From Blastocystis sp. ATCC 50177/Nand II (lineage: Eukaryota), in the NCBI GenBank assembly GCA_039096935.1, contig JBBPEE010000035.1, positions 248,001 through 312,000 on the forward strand: a DNA stretch of 64,000 nt, written 5' to 3'. Numbering within the stretch: position 1 is the first letter of the stretch; each line of letters begins with the position of its first letter. A program made the position numbers and the translations under genes. Positions 1 through 14,495 of the stretch are shown piece by piece. Under the pieces are notes generated by a model. It was not told the origin of the DNA, ran no database searches, and saw only the letters and a program-made list of their open reading frames with translations.

Positions 1-139
1 CGAATACACGGAGATGCGGGAAACGGTCACGGACCTGCGGGAGGAAAAAGTGGGGGCTTGTGGGAGATGTGAGGATTAGGAGTTGTACAAGCAGCAGCTG
101 CAGCAAGCGTTGAGTTTAGTGCATGCGAATGGTGAATAG
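1..139 (+). CDS. 3' end of a coiled-coil protein (possibly TMF/golgin-like), truncated by window edge
   Basis: EYTEMRETVTDLREEK, a ~30-nt GT..AG intron, then ELYKQQLQQALSLVHANGE*; TGTTTGG motif downstream. Confidence 0.4.
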
Positions 140-175
140 TGTATTATGGGAGTGTTTGGGTCCACAAACACAAGA

Positions 176-2561
176 CTAAAAGAAGTAGCGATTGACAACG
201 TACATGCACACAATAGCAACGAAAACAATGCAGAGAATGACCTCCACCGAGATATCGGAGGAGTATTTGATCTAGGCGTCAATGCCGCGCAGAATGCCCA
301 CAGAGTACTTAATCTCGCTGCACTGGGCGATCGACACGTACTTGCTCATCAGCTCCTTCGAAAACTGCTGAAAGTCGTTCAGTCCCTTCAGCAGATTCAC
401 CAACTGCAGCTGGTCGGACTGACTGTCCGCCCTCAGCATCTGGAAGTCGATGTCCATAAACGACCCAATGTAGTAGCTGAACTGGTTGCACAGATTGACG
501 ATGTCCAGGAACAACTGCTGGTACTGATGCTGCTGACTGGGGTACTCCTTCCGGTAGTACTGGGACAAAAACTCCCTCGTAATCACCACGGAAGAGTTCT
601 GGATGGGATTACCTCTACATATGACGCTAGCCAACCGATGCAACAGAATAGTATAGAAGTTTTTGTTAATTTGGTGGAAGGTGACCTCGATCCGGTCCAT
701 AATCGTGTTCAGGAGCAAGAGCAGCTGATTGCGCTGGTACACGTCCGAAAACAGTTTGCTCACGGACACGGGATCATTGTACTGGAAGGGGGAGTGGCCC
801 AGCGGCAGCACAAACCGCGTTTCCTGGTTGGCAGAAATCTTCCCGAAATTCTCCATCCCGACGAATCCCTCAAACAGCGCGCTGACAACGAAGTTCGCCA
901 CCCGGTCCCCGCGGTTGTCATCGTTCTGCCTGTCTGGTTCCGTCGAATAGCCTCGTGGGAAGGAAGACTCCGAGCGGATGACGATTATGGCATCGTCGGA
1001 GAAGAAATAGGGTAAGTTGCCCTCGAAGACGACCTTCATGTCCTTCACGTCGAGAACGAATATGGAGAACATGGAGGAGGCATCTACGATTCAAAGCGTG
1101 AAAACGAGGAAACCGGATGCGGTGGGAAAATGGTGCTGGTTGAACAGGTTGTCGCGCGTGGCAAGAGCGAGCTTCAGCACACTCTCCAGCTGATGTCCAT
1201 CCTACTGGGAATTGTCCGCGCCGAACACTACGATGTGCTTCTGCGCCTCGTACTCGATCGAGCTCTTTCCGTTGTACAGCGAAATGGACTCGATGTAGGT
1301 GGAGCGAATGGAATTCAGTAATGTCACGTTCGTTCTCAAGTTTACCATATCCGTCACCAGATGTGCACGACGCGTGCGCATGTGCGTCTTGAACAGTCCT
1401 CGCAGCTTGATCTTCACCTCCTCCAACTCCTGCTGATACTGGATTAACCGCGGGGAATACTCGTCCGCGTCGGTGAAGAACACGATCGAAGTCAGGAGCT
1501 GCTGCTGCGGCGCGAAGGTCGTGGCGTTCACGATGTTGGTGAAGAGCACGTTTTGGAGGAGAAACTTGGTTGTGGACACGATGGAGGCCGACTTCAGACT
1601 TCGATCTGTGCGTGATTCGGCGAGTGTGTCGATACCGAAGAGATAGCTGTATGGAATGGTGTTGTGGATGTTGTTGTCGTCAACATCGCTAGACACGACG
1701 ATCGGACCCGCAGAGATGTCGATGAAGATGAAACGCTCCGAAGCGATGAAGTACTATGCATAAAGCGATTATGAGAGGCCCACAGTGCTGAGCGTATTCT
1801 CGTTGTTGTTGAAAAAGTAGTAGTTGTAGTAGTAGGCATCCGCATTCTTGTCGTTCGACGGAAGCATCGTCGTTTTGGAGGGATTGATGAAGATGAGCTA
1901 CAAATGAAAAGTCAAGTGAGATAGACACCGCGGGAGTGGTTTTCACGTCAGTAACGTACAGTGCATTCGTCTTCTCCAGCACTACACTGAACTAGAGTGG
2001 GAAAGCAAAACGGTCAGAGTAGAACTGCTGAATCGCGTTTTGCACATCGGCCTCGCCCACATTCACGAAATACTTGGAGGGCTTCTTGGGAACGATCTCG
2101 ATATTCTCTTCCGATGCAATCTGTGTCGCTAGCCATGATCAGGAAAGAGAGTCAAGACCGAAATGCTTCTTCATCACCCTCATGTAGCTGTCGAGCACAC
2201 GCTGATGCAAGTGAAGTACCTACTATTCACAAAGCAACGAAGAACGTGCCTGATACTCCATTTCGAAGGACACTCTGGAATCACGATAGGCATTCTCATT
2301 GCGAATGTGAGGCCGCAGCGTTGGGACGTGCCTTAAGAGCATCTGCCTCAATTCATGGTCTGAGAAGTCCTTGTCAAATCCAGCAACTGCAACGTAAAGC
2401 TTTTGCTTCGTCGTGATCGTGTTCTACTCATGAATGCGATATGCAATATGCACGTTGAAAACACGATCGTAGTCGCTTTTCGAGTAGACACTCTGTAGAT
2501 CCCTTTCCGTATCCACGGAGAGCGCGAATCCGACAAGGAGGAGAAAGAGCAGACGCCTCAT
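176..2561 (-). CDS. Multi-exon hypothetical membrane protein (signal peptide plus C-terminal TM helix)
   Basis: Starts MRRLLFLLLVGFALSVD; internal ORFs 272-1072, 1202-1696, 1689-1982; after a 30-nt intron ends VEVILCIVFVAIVCMYVVNRYFF*. Confidence 0.6.
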
Positions 2562-2609
2562 CAGGATAATACTGACACAACAAACAGGAGCTAAAACGAA
2601 CTGTACCCC

Positions 2610-3386
2610 TCACTTCTCCAGAGGCTTCTTTCCTCTGCTGATCAGCCACTCGTTGTTCTTCTTCGTGTCGACGTACTTGCGCTCCGGCGTCCAGTTGGCG
2701 GGCACCGTCACGTCCAGCAGCGGTCTGTCCTTCAGATAGTACAACTTCGACTTGTGCGTGAGACGCTCCGCCTTGTGGAGGAAGGACTGTTGGATGAGCT
2801 ACGGATGACCACGAAGGAAAGAGCCGACGCGTACTGACTTGATGTCCGGCTCGTATGTCGAGTAGAGGATGGTGACCCCTTCTCCTCCTATGTTCTACTC
2901 ATGACAACGCAAAACGGCTGCTACACAACGAATGGTGAAGGTCGAATTGTAGTAGTCGTTGTGCTTCGCGATGCAGATGCCCCGGTACACTTCCTCCGTC
3001 TTACTTCCGTTCCGGCCCTTCATCTACCCATAAGTCACACGAATTCTACCCGTACTCTCACTTCAATCGCGTCGCCGGGCTTAAACGGGTCAAAGTCCAT
3101 CGTTTTGCTGGCCTTTTCCGCCGCCTCCTTCGACAGTTCGCGAATCAGCGCGTTAGCACTATCCCTCACCGCGATCGCCCGCCCCCTACCGTTTGTGTGG
3201 TTCCTTCAGTTTAATGTGTTCCGAATTCGGTTTGATGTTGAATGGGAGAGAGCAGACGTTATATGGAGGCCACTTCTCCGAACTCTCTTTCACCTCGGCC
3301 ATTTTGCTCGAAAAGGGCACGGACAGCATCCGGGGTGCCGTCTTCGACACCGAGCGTACGAGCTGCTTGGAACAACTTGCCAGCAT
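2610..3386 (-). CDS. MRPL19: Mitochondrial (MRO) ribosomal protein bL19
   Basis: Presequence-like N-terminus; FKPGDAIEV, YRGICIAK, NSTFTIR and KSKLYYLKD motifs across several short introns. Confidence 0.8.
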
Positions 3387-3491
3387 CGCGGAATTCTGTC
3401 TTGAAGCCGATCATGCGGGCGTGTTGGTTTTCAAGGATCCCTACACGCGCCGCAGAAATCGGTTCTGCTTCGGTCAATTCATTCTTTCTGT

Positions 3492-5278
3492 ATGGGGATT
3501 ACAAAAGTGACAGCGCATAGCGTAATTCTTACGTATAGTTATACGACGAGCTAAGGGGAGACTTCAAACCCCTGTTCTTGTTGTTAGGATTGTACACTCT
3601 TCAAGTGGACGCTCGGTGTGTTGTGTAACGAGTAGGGAATTCCGATCGGCATTGCAAGCACGATTTCAATCATTCTCCAGCAGCAGCATGTTTCCTACAG
3701 CCAGCAAGCGCTGTTTGTGATATGCAGTCAGCCATACTCGCTGAAAATGCTGTGGGCTCCTATTGTCGATGCCATGTCACAATGGTGGTTCGTTGTTATG
3801 CGTAGATACTCTCCCAGAATCGGCAGGAGGAAGACGTGGGTCGTTCCTTTGCAGCTCGCCATCGGGTTCATGCTCATCTGTTTTTCGGGGACGATTGAGC
3901 GAACCCTGTACTCTGAATCTCCGAACGTTCTGTTTTTGACTGTTTGCTTCCTTGTATTTTACTTTTTGGCCGCTACGCAGGATATCGCCGTCGATGCCTG
4001 GGCGCTGACGCTTCTCTCCGACAAGAACAAGAACTGGCAGGGCACTGCCAACGTGATTGGTCAAACGCTGGGAATTCACCTTGCGTGGGCCATCTCCTCT
4101 CCCCTCACCAATAGGAACTCCATTTTCCTCATGCTGAATGATCCCACCTGGACGCTGCCTTGGAGTGGCAAGCAGGGCCCGTTGCTGACACTGCGGCAAT
4201 TCTCGCTGATCTGGGGAGTGATCTTCCTTTTGTTCACAATCTACATTGCGGTGTGCGTGAAGGAGGATGGAACCACACAGTGCAAGAAGAAGGAGGCGCA
4301 ATTGAAGGAAGAGAAGGAGGAGGAGCCCCTTTTGCGTCACAGAATGCACAAGCGGCAAGAGGAAAAGGAGAAGCGCAGTGAAGAGGAAGAATTGGAGACG
4401 AAGAAGAATGAGGATCTCAATCTCTACCAAACCTATCTGCTCTATTTTGACATTCTTAAGAGTCCCTACGTAATTCCATGTTGATGAGATCACGCCTAGT
4501 TCTTGCGTCTGGCGCTAATTCTGCTCACCAACAGAATCGGTGTTTTCCCCGCGGAAGGCGCTTCGTCCCTCCAACTCATCGACAAGGGAATGAAGCGAGT
4601 GTCGCTGACATCCCTGAACATGGTTCTCTTCCCAATTGAGATGACGACCACGTTTTTGCTGAGTCGGCTGCTCACCCGAATTCATCCGTTGAAGGTCATG
4701 TATTTCTGCTATCTGCTGCGGATTTCCATGTCCCTGCTGCTCAGTCTGTTCATCCACTCCCTCCCTCCGGCGGAGCTGGAGATGATGCCATCGCGATTCT
4801 ACCCGCTCGCGTACACGTTGGTGATCCTCTCGTCCTTGGCAGGTCGTTCGATGAACGTGGCGGGAGTAGGGTTTTCGCTCCGTGGGTCAATGCTAGATGG
4901 CGTACTACGCTCAGATTTCCGATCCGCGGTTCGGAGGCACCTACATGTCCCTGTTCAATACCGTATCGAATTTGGGCCATCAGATGTACATGTCGCCCAT
5001 TCTGAAGGTCATCGATGTTGCGTCCGTGAAGCAGTGCTACAAGGAGGGGGAAGTGGTCATGAACAACTGTGCGGGTCATAACCTGTACTCCCAGTGTGCC
5101 TCGATGGGCGGGAAGTGTATCACGGAGCAAGACGGGTAAGGGCTGTAAGAACGAGTGATTCGCAGGTACTATTTGCTCACGTGGCCGTGCTTTATCTACG
5201 GAGTGGTCTGGGCCATCGTCATGAAGAATCAGTTCAGATTCTTGATGATGACCGACAGGGAGAAGTGGAAAGTGATCT
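3492..5278 (+). CDS. SLC33A1: Acetyl-CoA transporter 1 (MFS, AT-1); stop probably completed by poly(A)
   Basis: PYSLKMLWAPIVD, GRRKTWVVP, ATQDIAVDAWALTLL, DPRFGGTYMSLFNTVSNLG, DGYY; ends EKWKVI + T + 4 nt + TGTTTGTT. Confidence 0.88.
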
Positions 5279-5305
5279 GGCGTGTTTGTTGGAAGAAGAA
5301 GATCG

Positions 5306-5977
5306 TTAGAAGTTTAGAGAAGCCCAGGGGTCGGAGGCAGCTGGTTTTGCAGTGTCATACGCCGAAAAAACGTCAACCTCCGGCGCCGCACTGGCCGTAG
5401 GCGTGCTTGACGAAGGACTCTACGTCTCACTCCACTGCATAAACCGCTACAAAGGAATCCAAGAAATCGGCGGTGGACACGGGAGAAGCACTCGTTCTCT
5501 CCTCCGAAGGAGTGGAAGTCTTTGATTTGGGGGTTTCGCTGGTGGTTTGAGACGGCTTTACCGGCTTTGCGTTGTTTGAAACCCTCTGCGCGGGCGACGG
5601 CTTTGACGCGTTCTGTGATGACTTCTTCGTTTTCAGGTACTTTGCTGCCGAGGCGGGAAGACGCGTGGCCTTGATCACGATGGATCCCTCGAACAGAGGA
5701 ACAATTTCATCTTCGTCCGTCACATCAAACCAGACTACGTGTGATGCACACACCAGATCCCTGCTCCATGTCTTCTTAAAGGCCCTCTTGAAGCGGAAGA
5801 AGTAGGTACCCGGGATTGGGAATATCTATGCTGTGAAGGAGGCAGATGACACGATACCTCTCGGATATCCTTCAATGCAATGGAAGACGCCTTCTTCTTC
5901 ATCACAATCACGTTGGGATGCTCCAGGTCATCTCCATCTTCCGGAATATAGTATTGAATAGTGGTAGATTCGCTCAT
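5306..5977 (-). CDS. DIX-domain protein with Ser/Pro-rich tail ending in DPW
   Basis: IQYYIPEDGDDLEHPN...FPIPGTYFFRFK...WFDVTDEDEIVPLFEGSIVIKATRL; last exon ...AASDPWASLNF*. Confidence 0.7.
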
Positions 5978-6063
5978 GGAAAGAAAGAAATGCGTTCTTG
6001 TCACGTTGGCAAAAAAGGAGCCGATTCCCGGATCCCCTTGCTGTGCACAAAACCCTAGCGAGA

Positions 6064-7120
6064 ATGGACGCCTCATCTGGGCTATCGAGAGGAGAGCTCC
6101 TGGAGTGGATCAACACAACCCTGAACATGCATCTGCACAAGATTGAGGAAACGGCCTCTGGTAGTCACCGTCATGATTGAATGAGATTATAGGCGCAGTA
6201 GCATGCCAGATCATTGACATGCTGTATCCCGGTTTCTGTCCACGGCGCAACTGATGCATAGACACGGTTCCTCTACAGCGTGTGAACTTTGTGGCCAAGG
6301 ACGCATACGAATATACCAAGAACTACAAGATTCTTCAGTCGGCTTGCTTAAAGAACGGAATTCAGAAGGTATCTTCTTTTACACAATCTCATTTGCAGAA
6401 TATCGATGTGGACAGACTCATTAAGGGCAGGCCTCAGGATAATCTCGAATTCATGCAGTGGTTGAAGCAGTACTTCGACAAGCACAGGCCCAATAGGGAG
6501 TACAACGCTGTCGAGCGTCGTGCTGCCGCGAAGGGAGGCAGAGGTAGTGCATCTCGCCGGGCTCTCACGTCAGAGGTGACGGCATCTTCCGTTCTGCAGC
6601 CCCCCGCGGCGCGCCTCTCCAAGGACTCGTCCCGCTCGACCAGTCCCTCCCGTGTTGGTGACAACCTGTCGTGTCCGTGTTTGTATGTTGGCGTTGGTGT
6701 GAGAGTCAGCAAAGAAGCCTCGAGTGAACGTGTTTGTTCCGCCGGTCAACACGAGCCGCGGAGAGCAGGAGGAGCAGCTCCGTGAGTGTGCGGTGGTGTG
6801 TTGATGGCAGAGGAGCTGGCGAAGAAGGTGAGCGAGAAGGAGGGCGTGATCGTGACACAGACGCTGACGGTGGGTGTGGCAAGGGTGGTTGAGATGCAGA
6901 TCAAGAACTTGGAGGCGGAGCGGGACTTCTACAAGAAGAAGCTGGTGGACATTGAGGAGTTGGTGACGGTGGGCGAGAGGCAAGCGAGTGAGTGTGTAGA
7001 AGGAGAAGGAGAACGGGGAGCTGACGGTGGCACAGCTGGCGGAGCGGGTCACGGCGATCTTGTAGGCGAGACGGCGTGCCGTGTTGTGTAGATACGCGGA
7101 GTCCAACTCTCTCCAGCCAT
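6064..7120 (+). CDS. MAPRE: Microtubule end-binding protein EB1; stop probably completed by poly(A)
   Basis: SRGELLEWIN, NYKILQ and KGRPQDNLEFMQWLK (CH domain); ERDFYKKKLVDIE and ILYA (EBH domain). Confidence 0.9.
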
Positions 7121-7124
7121 GGTG

Positions 7125-7139
7125 TGTTTGTTACAAACA
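7125..7139. terminator. Palindromic bidirectional 3'-end/poly(A) motif TGTTTGTTACAAACA
   Basis: Perfect 7-bp inverted repeat between convergent gene ends at 7120 and 7144. Confidence 0.7.
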
Positions 7140-7143
7140 GCAA

Positions 7144-8917
7144 CACTTCACATTGAGGTCGATGATCTTATCGCGGTACTCGTCGATGTTGGAGAAGGTC
7201 AGTCGCACCAATTGCCTGTGCGTCAGCTTCTATCCCTCATCGCCTCCTCGTCCTCCCACCTGCTTCGTGAAAGGACACGTGTTCTTCGGCTCGCGATTCA
7301 GCACACGGATCCACGTATCGTAGCCCAGCACGTGCCCGTAGGGAGAGATGGCGGGCTTCACCACCTCCTCATAGGTCATCACATCGATGAATCCCTAGTT
7401 ATAATCTGGGAAGTCGGCTCTCACGGGCAAACAGTTCTTCTCCTCCTGCTGGTAGAACTCCAGGTTCAAATCGCCCAGCTCATCGTCTTCACTCTATCCA
7501 TGAACAACTCTCCCACACCGCACAGATTCCACTTTCCTGCTGGAATGCGCTCGCTTCTTCGACTTCCCCGCACCTTGGCTCTTGAACTTGAAGGACAGCA
7601 TGTTCTTGTCGTTGATGTAGTAGTAATCGTCAATGATCACGCCCTCGCGGATCAGTTGGCGGTAATAGTTGCTGCACTGATACCCCACTCTTCCCGGAAT
7701 TTTCATGGAAAAGAGTCCCCACTACCCTTCACAGCCGCCAACAAACACAACGGAGTAATCCACACCCAACTCAATCACCTGCTTCAGAAACAAGTACCGG
7801 TCCTTCGCCGACCACGCACCCGTCGCCTGCTTCTCTCCGGGGTCGTTAAACCGGTAGTAGTACTGGTTCGGGTTCTCGAAGCGGTTCTTGAAGCTACGCT
7901 CAACTCTTCTTCCTTCTCCCACGCCTTGATTCGCGCGTCACTCCAACCAAACTCCTTTAGCTGCCGCGTCGACACGTTCGTTCGGTGGAAGTAGTCAACG
8001 GAGTCGGCATAGTCCTGCTCTAGGCATCACACGCGCACCGTGCATTCACCGCGGGACTGGCCCGTCATGATGATGCCCGTTCCAAAGCCGAAGCCCTCGT
8101 CATCGCTGTTATGCGAACCCTTCTTCTTCGACTTCGGCTTGGAACGGGTGGAAGAAGATTTGCTGCTCTTGGAGATCTTGGGTTGAGGGGATGTGGAGGA
8201 CCTACGCGCTGCATCGCGTCATTCAGGCGAATACGAGGAGCCTTCTTCTTAGGACGTCTACAGCTCAGTCACTCTATTGTCTCTCACGGCATCACCATCT
8301 CATCGAAATTCACCGACTCATCACTTGTGTCATTGTCCATCCCCTTTTTCCCTTTCTTTCGCCTCTTATCTTGCCCCCACTCCTCATTGTCGTCATCACT
8401 TGCCGGCTGGGGAGCTACAGGCGGTGGAAGCTTCTTCGGATCGACCCATTGGATGGACTTCATGTCCAGGGGGACTTTTCCGCTGCCCATATCCAGGATC
8501 CGTTGGAGGAGAGAGGGATCGTCGCGGATACGGCGCGAAAGCAGGATCTGCGGATGATCGGGGAAACGCACGTTCACCTCATTGTTGTTGCAGCACTCCA
8601 GCGCAATTTCCGCCGTTTTGTCGTCCATTTGAGGGAATAGCTTCTTCACATCGTCAATCTGCGCCATTATCGCTGACCACATACTCCCTCACCTTCTGAT
8701 CCTTCTGGTTCTTGTTGAATGTGTTGAACTGCGCCTGAAACATCTTCAGCTTCTCTTTCAGCAGCGCCTATCGAATAAGCAGCAGAGATACACAGTTCCG
8801 TACGGCCTGCTCCGGAGAAACATTTCCGAACAGATTATGGGCATCCGTTTCCGAATCATCACTACTGTCGTATTCGGAGTAGGAGTCCTCTGCTTCCTTC
8901 TCACCCTCTTCTGACAT
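7144..8917 (-). CDS. Protein with CUE-like, Myb/SANT-like and C-terminal U-box/RING-like segments
   Basis: VKKLFPQMDDKTAEIALE; YYYRFNDPGEKQATGAWS...IPGRVGYQCSNYYRQL; PAISPYGHVLGYDTW...CPFTK. Confidence 0.6.
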
Positions 8918-8988
8918 GCTCCTGGTGAGTAGAACAAAGAGTGGAAAAGAATCTAATTCACTATTGCTGAATCAGCTACACAACCCTC

Positions 8989-11015
8989 TTAACACAGGAA
9001 CAAATTGCAAAATCCCTCCTTAAGCAGGAGCCAACACTGGTTCTCCCCGCCGACGAAATCGTCCACTATTACAGTATTCTGATGCTCTCCAGCCAGCCCC
9101 AACACAAAGCCACTCTCGCTCATTCCCACAACCTCTCCAATGACCATCTTCTTCTCCTTCTTCTCCTCCTCCGTCGCCTCTACGCCTCGGAGCAGAACCG
9201 CGGGAATCTCGATCTTCACGAACTTGCTAATCCACCACTCCCGCGTGGCCGCCTTGCACTGCTCCTTCAGCTGGTGGATCTTCTCCGCCGTCAGATTGAA
9301 GGGCGTTTCATCGGAGTAGGCGGGGCGAGCAGCGAGGGCGGCGAGTTGGCTCTCGGGTCTGGGCTCCTCGGAGGGCTCCAGCACCAGCGCGTCGATCTAG
9401 GGTTGAGAGGCGAGTGCGGCCCTACAGTCAGTGCCGCTAGCAACTCCGGGGCCACAGCCAGCGGCTCCAATGGCTCCAACAGCTCCAATGGCTCCTCCTT
9501 TATCTGCTCTTCTGGCTTCTCTATCACCTCTGTGTTCTCCATCACTTCTTCAGGCTTCTCTGTCGCCTCCTCAGGCTTTTCCACCACCTCTGTGTTCTCC
9601 ACTTCTTCAGGCTTCACCACCACCTCCTCAGGCTTCTCCTCCTCCTTCACTTCCACTTCTTCAGGCTTCTCCACCACTTCCTCCGACTTCACTTCGGGCT
9701 TCACCTCCTCCTCCTTCACCACCACAGGCTTCTCCGGCTTCTCATCCTTCGAGGCGATGACGGCGGACACGTTCTACGCATCACTCTCCCCCACCGCGCG
9801 CACGTAATACGACAGCAGGTGCTTGTCCAGCGCGCACGAGAACCCGCAGTTGGAGCACTTGAACACGTCCGGAATCGGCTTGTGTACGTTGATCGGCGTC
9901 CCGTGGCGGCACACCGTGCAGTACACGTAATAGTCGCCCACGGCCGCCGGCTGCGCCGAGCGGTGCACGGGCGCGGGCGAGGGGATGGGCGGGTGCGACG
10001 GCGCGGAGGCGGCGGATTGCGCGGCAAAGGGCGGGTAGGGCGCGCTGGTCGCGGGGAGCGGGTAGGGGCGTTTCGACAGCGCGGAGGGCGCGTAGGATGT
10101 GTAGATGTTAGGGTACAGAGGGCGCTGGGAGGCCGGGTCGAGCGACTCTCCGATGCGCGGTCGCTTGTCCTCGGGGAGGGAGGAGAGCGGCATGGAGGCC
10201 ATTTGAGAGGGAGGGATGAGAGGAGCGGCGGACATCGGCTTGCCCTGCAGGTCCTTCCCCTTCCCCTTGATCTGGAGCAGGATCGAGGCGAGTTGAAGAT
10301 CGGTTGTCTTCTCCTGCAGATCTTTCGCCGAATCGCTGACCTGAGACGGTGCTGGAGCCGATTCCGCAGGAGTTGGTTTTGCATAATTCACGGCTCCCGA
10401 GCTCTCCGAGGGCTTCGAGGCGGCGGGCTCCTCCTTTACAACGGGCTCCTTTTGTACGGCCGGAGTGGGACCTTCAGCAGGCGGGAGCTGCGGCTGCGAA
10501 GAAGACGGAAGCTTGGTCGCAGGAGCATGGTTGGACAGTGCCTCCGGCGCCTTCTCCTGGGCGTTGCCAAAATAGTCTTGGGGATAGCTGGAAATAGCGC
10601 CTCTATCCAGACACTGGACAGGCACTCCCGGCCGCATTCCGTAGTACCCATAATAGGGCCCCATAGGAGGGAAGCCGCCCGCCTGCATATTTATCATCGT
10701 AATAGGCATGGAATAGTTAAAAACACCTCGGTCGTATGCCATAGGCATATTCTTCATGTTATCACCATATGAATTTGAAACCATGCCGTACGGGACCCCC
10801 GTAGCAAGGTTCATTGCAGGATTCAGCGTAGGAACGAACCGAGGGTCAAACTGCTGGCTCGATATATTCGGAGGCATGTTGACGGAAGAGTAGGGGTTTT
10901 CAAGGCTCGTCAGACGCACTCCGTCTTGCCTATAGGCCTCATCACTTCTTCTCATCGTATTTCCCTGTGGCTGTTCCCCTTGAGGTCCCGCGCTACCGTA
11001 GTACGGAGGATACAT
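8989..11015 (-). CDS. Hypothetical low-complexity protein with Pro/Tyr-rich N-terminus, CxxC..CxxC zinc ribbon and EKPEE repeats
   Basis: ORFs 9774-11021, 9291-9770 and 8989-9384 joined by short introns; CTVC...CSNC. Confidence 0.55.
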
Positions 11016-11325
11016 TCTCACAACACGATTCTACGTCGAAATAGACGAAACACTATGCCCTCTTCCCTTTTAACTCACGCTCAGCCAATCAGATTGCGGG
11101 CAATGATTGTTGCTGTAGTGTCTCCCCGAATTCAAAGCCGATCCCTCTATTCAACCACGGAAAACACGCCTCTTTCCACTTCTACTGATTTCCGTGGACG
11201 AACAGCATTCTTCCCTTCGGATTCTTCTTCCGAAAGCGAAATGCCACAAGAATCACCCTATCGAAAGCAACGAAGGAGCACGAACCAACCAAGCGCATTC
11301 GAGAAAACGGAACAAACAAAGCCAC

Positions 11326-13188
<1,863 letters not shown>

Positions 13189-13225
13189 CGAGGCTGCAAC
13201 AAACAAGGAATATAAAAGAAACGTC

Positions 13226-14014
13226 TTACAGATCATCACCGTCGTTATCGGGCAGAGGCACACCAGGAGCCATATCGTTCGCCTGTCTGTAGACATTCTC
13301 GTCGAACGCGACCTCTGGGGGCTTGATGGCGAGGGCCTCCTCGAACTTGAGATCGGGAGTCTTGGTCAGCTTGCGAGCCAGCCAGCGGAAGGGCTTCTCG
13401 AAGTTGTAGTTGCTCTTCGCGGAAATATCGTAGTAGGGCATGTTCTTGCGCTGGTGGAATGTGATGTTCTTGGTCTTCACACGGCGCTCCTTCATATCGC
13501 ACTTGTTGCCCACGAGCACGATGGGGATGTTGCCGCACACACGGGTGAGGTCGCGGTGCCAGTTGGCAACGCTGTCGTAAGAGCTGCGGGACGTCACATC
13601 GAACATGAGGATGGCGCAGTCGGCATCCACGCTACACGTGACCCCGGCACACAGACCGCACTAGTAACCGTCTCTCAGTCCACCGAATCTCTCCTGACCA
13701 GCAGTATCCCAGCAGTTGAAGGTCAGAGGACCGCAGGAGGTGTTGAAGGTGAGTCTGTGAACCTCAGCACCACGAGTGGCTACGCCCTCACAATCCACCC
13801 CGAACGCCTACGGACGTAGACCTTCTCGAAATCTCCAGTCTCGTGTCTCTTCACGTAGGTAGTCTTGCCCACACCACCATCTCCGACGAGGACGCACTTG
13901 AACTCGGGACCAGTCGCGTTGTTCTGAGCCTACACACGGCGGATGAGAAACGCTCCATGTAACTCCCCCAAAACGGTTCCCCGCCCTTGACTTCATCGAT
14001 TTCACACCTACCAT
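13226..14014 (-). CDS. RAN: Ran GTPase
   Basis: [36 protein letters not shown] and acidic tail DNDGDDL; first exon is ATG only (intron 13930-14011). Confidence 0.95.
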
Positions 14015-14495
14015 TATTAGATCCGCCTTACAGGGAAGTATTATTTGGGTTTGACTCATTCCATAGAAAAGCCATCCATGATCGCCGCCACAGTTCGCGG
14101 ATTCCCGCGATTCCCGTTCCTGAGCTCCTTTTCAGTTCTCGCTTGTCCGTTATTCATTCTACGGTTGCTAATAGCGCACACTTCGCGTTCCACCACACGC
14201 TCCACTCTGTACACTGCTGTCTTTCGATTTGACAGAAACGGCTCTCAAAGGCTCACAGCACGTTATCAATTCAATTGGTTGTCGGAATATACACAATTCG
14301 CCTCCATTAGGGACGATTCCCTGTCCACTCTGTCCAGCGCACCATCGCTTCACAATCCACTTTCCTTCTTTCATAGACAATCCGGAAGAGAAAGGAGGGA
14401 GGGGACCCAACGTGCAGTGGTTCTATCACCCGGCAGCCTTGATTATCAAGAAAGTGATTCTCTTCTCCATCATGAAAAAGCGCATCATATAAGAT

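Noticed and set aside
6369..6398. EB1 intron starting GTATCTT as a U12-type intron
   Set aside because: Donor deviates from GTATCCTT and no CCTTAAC-like branch site is visible.
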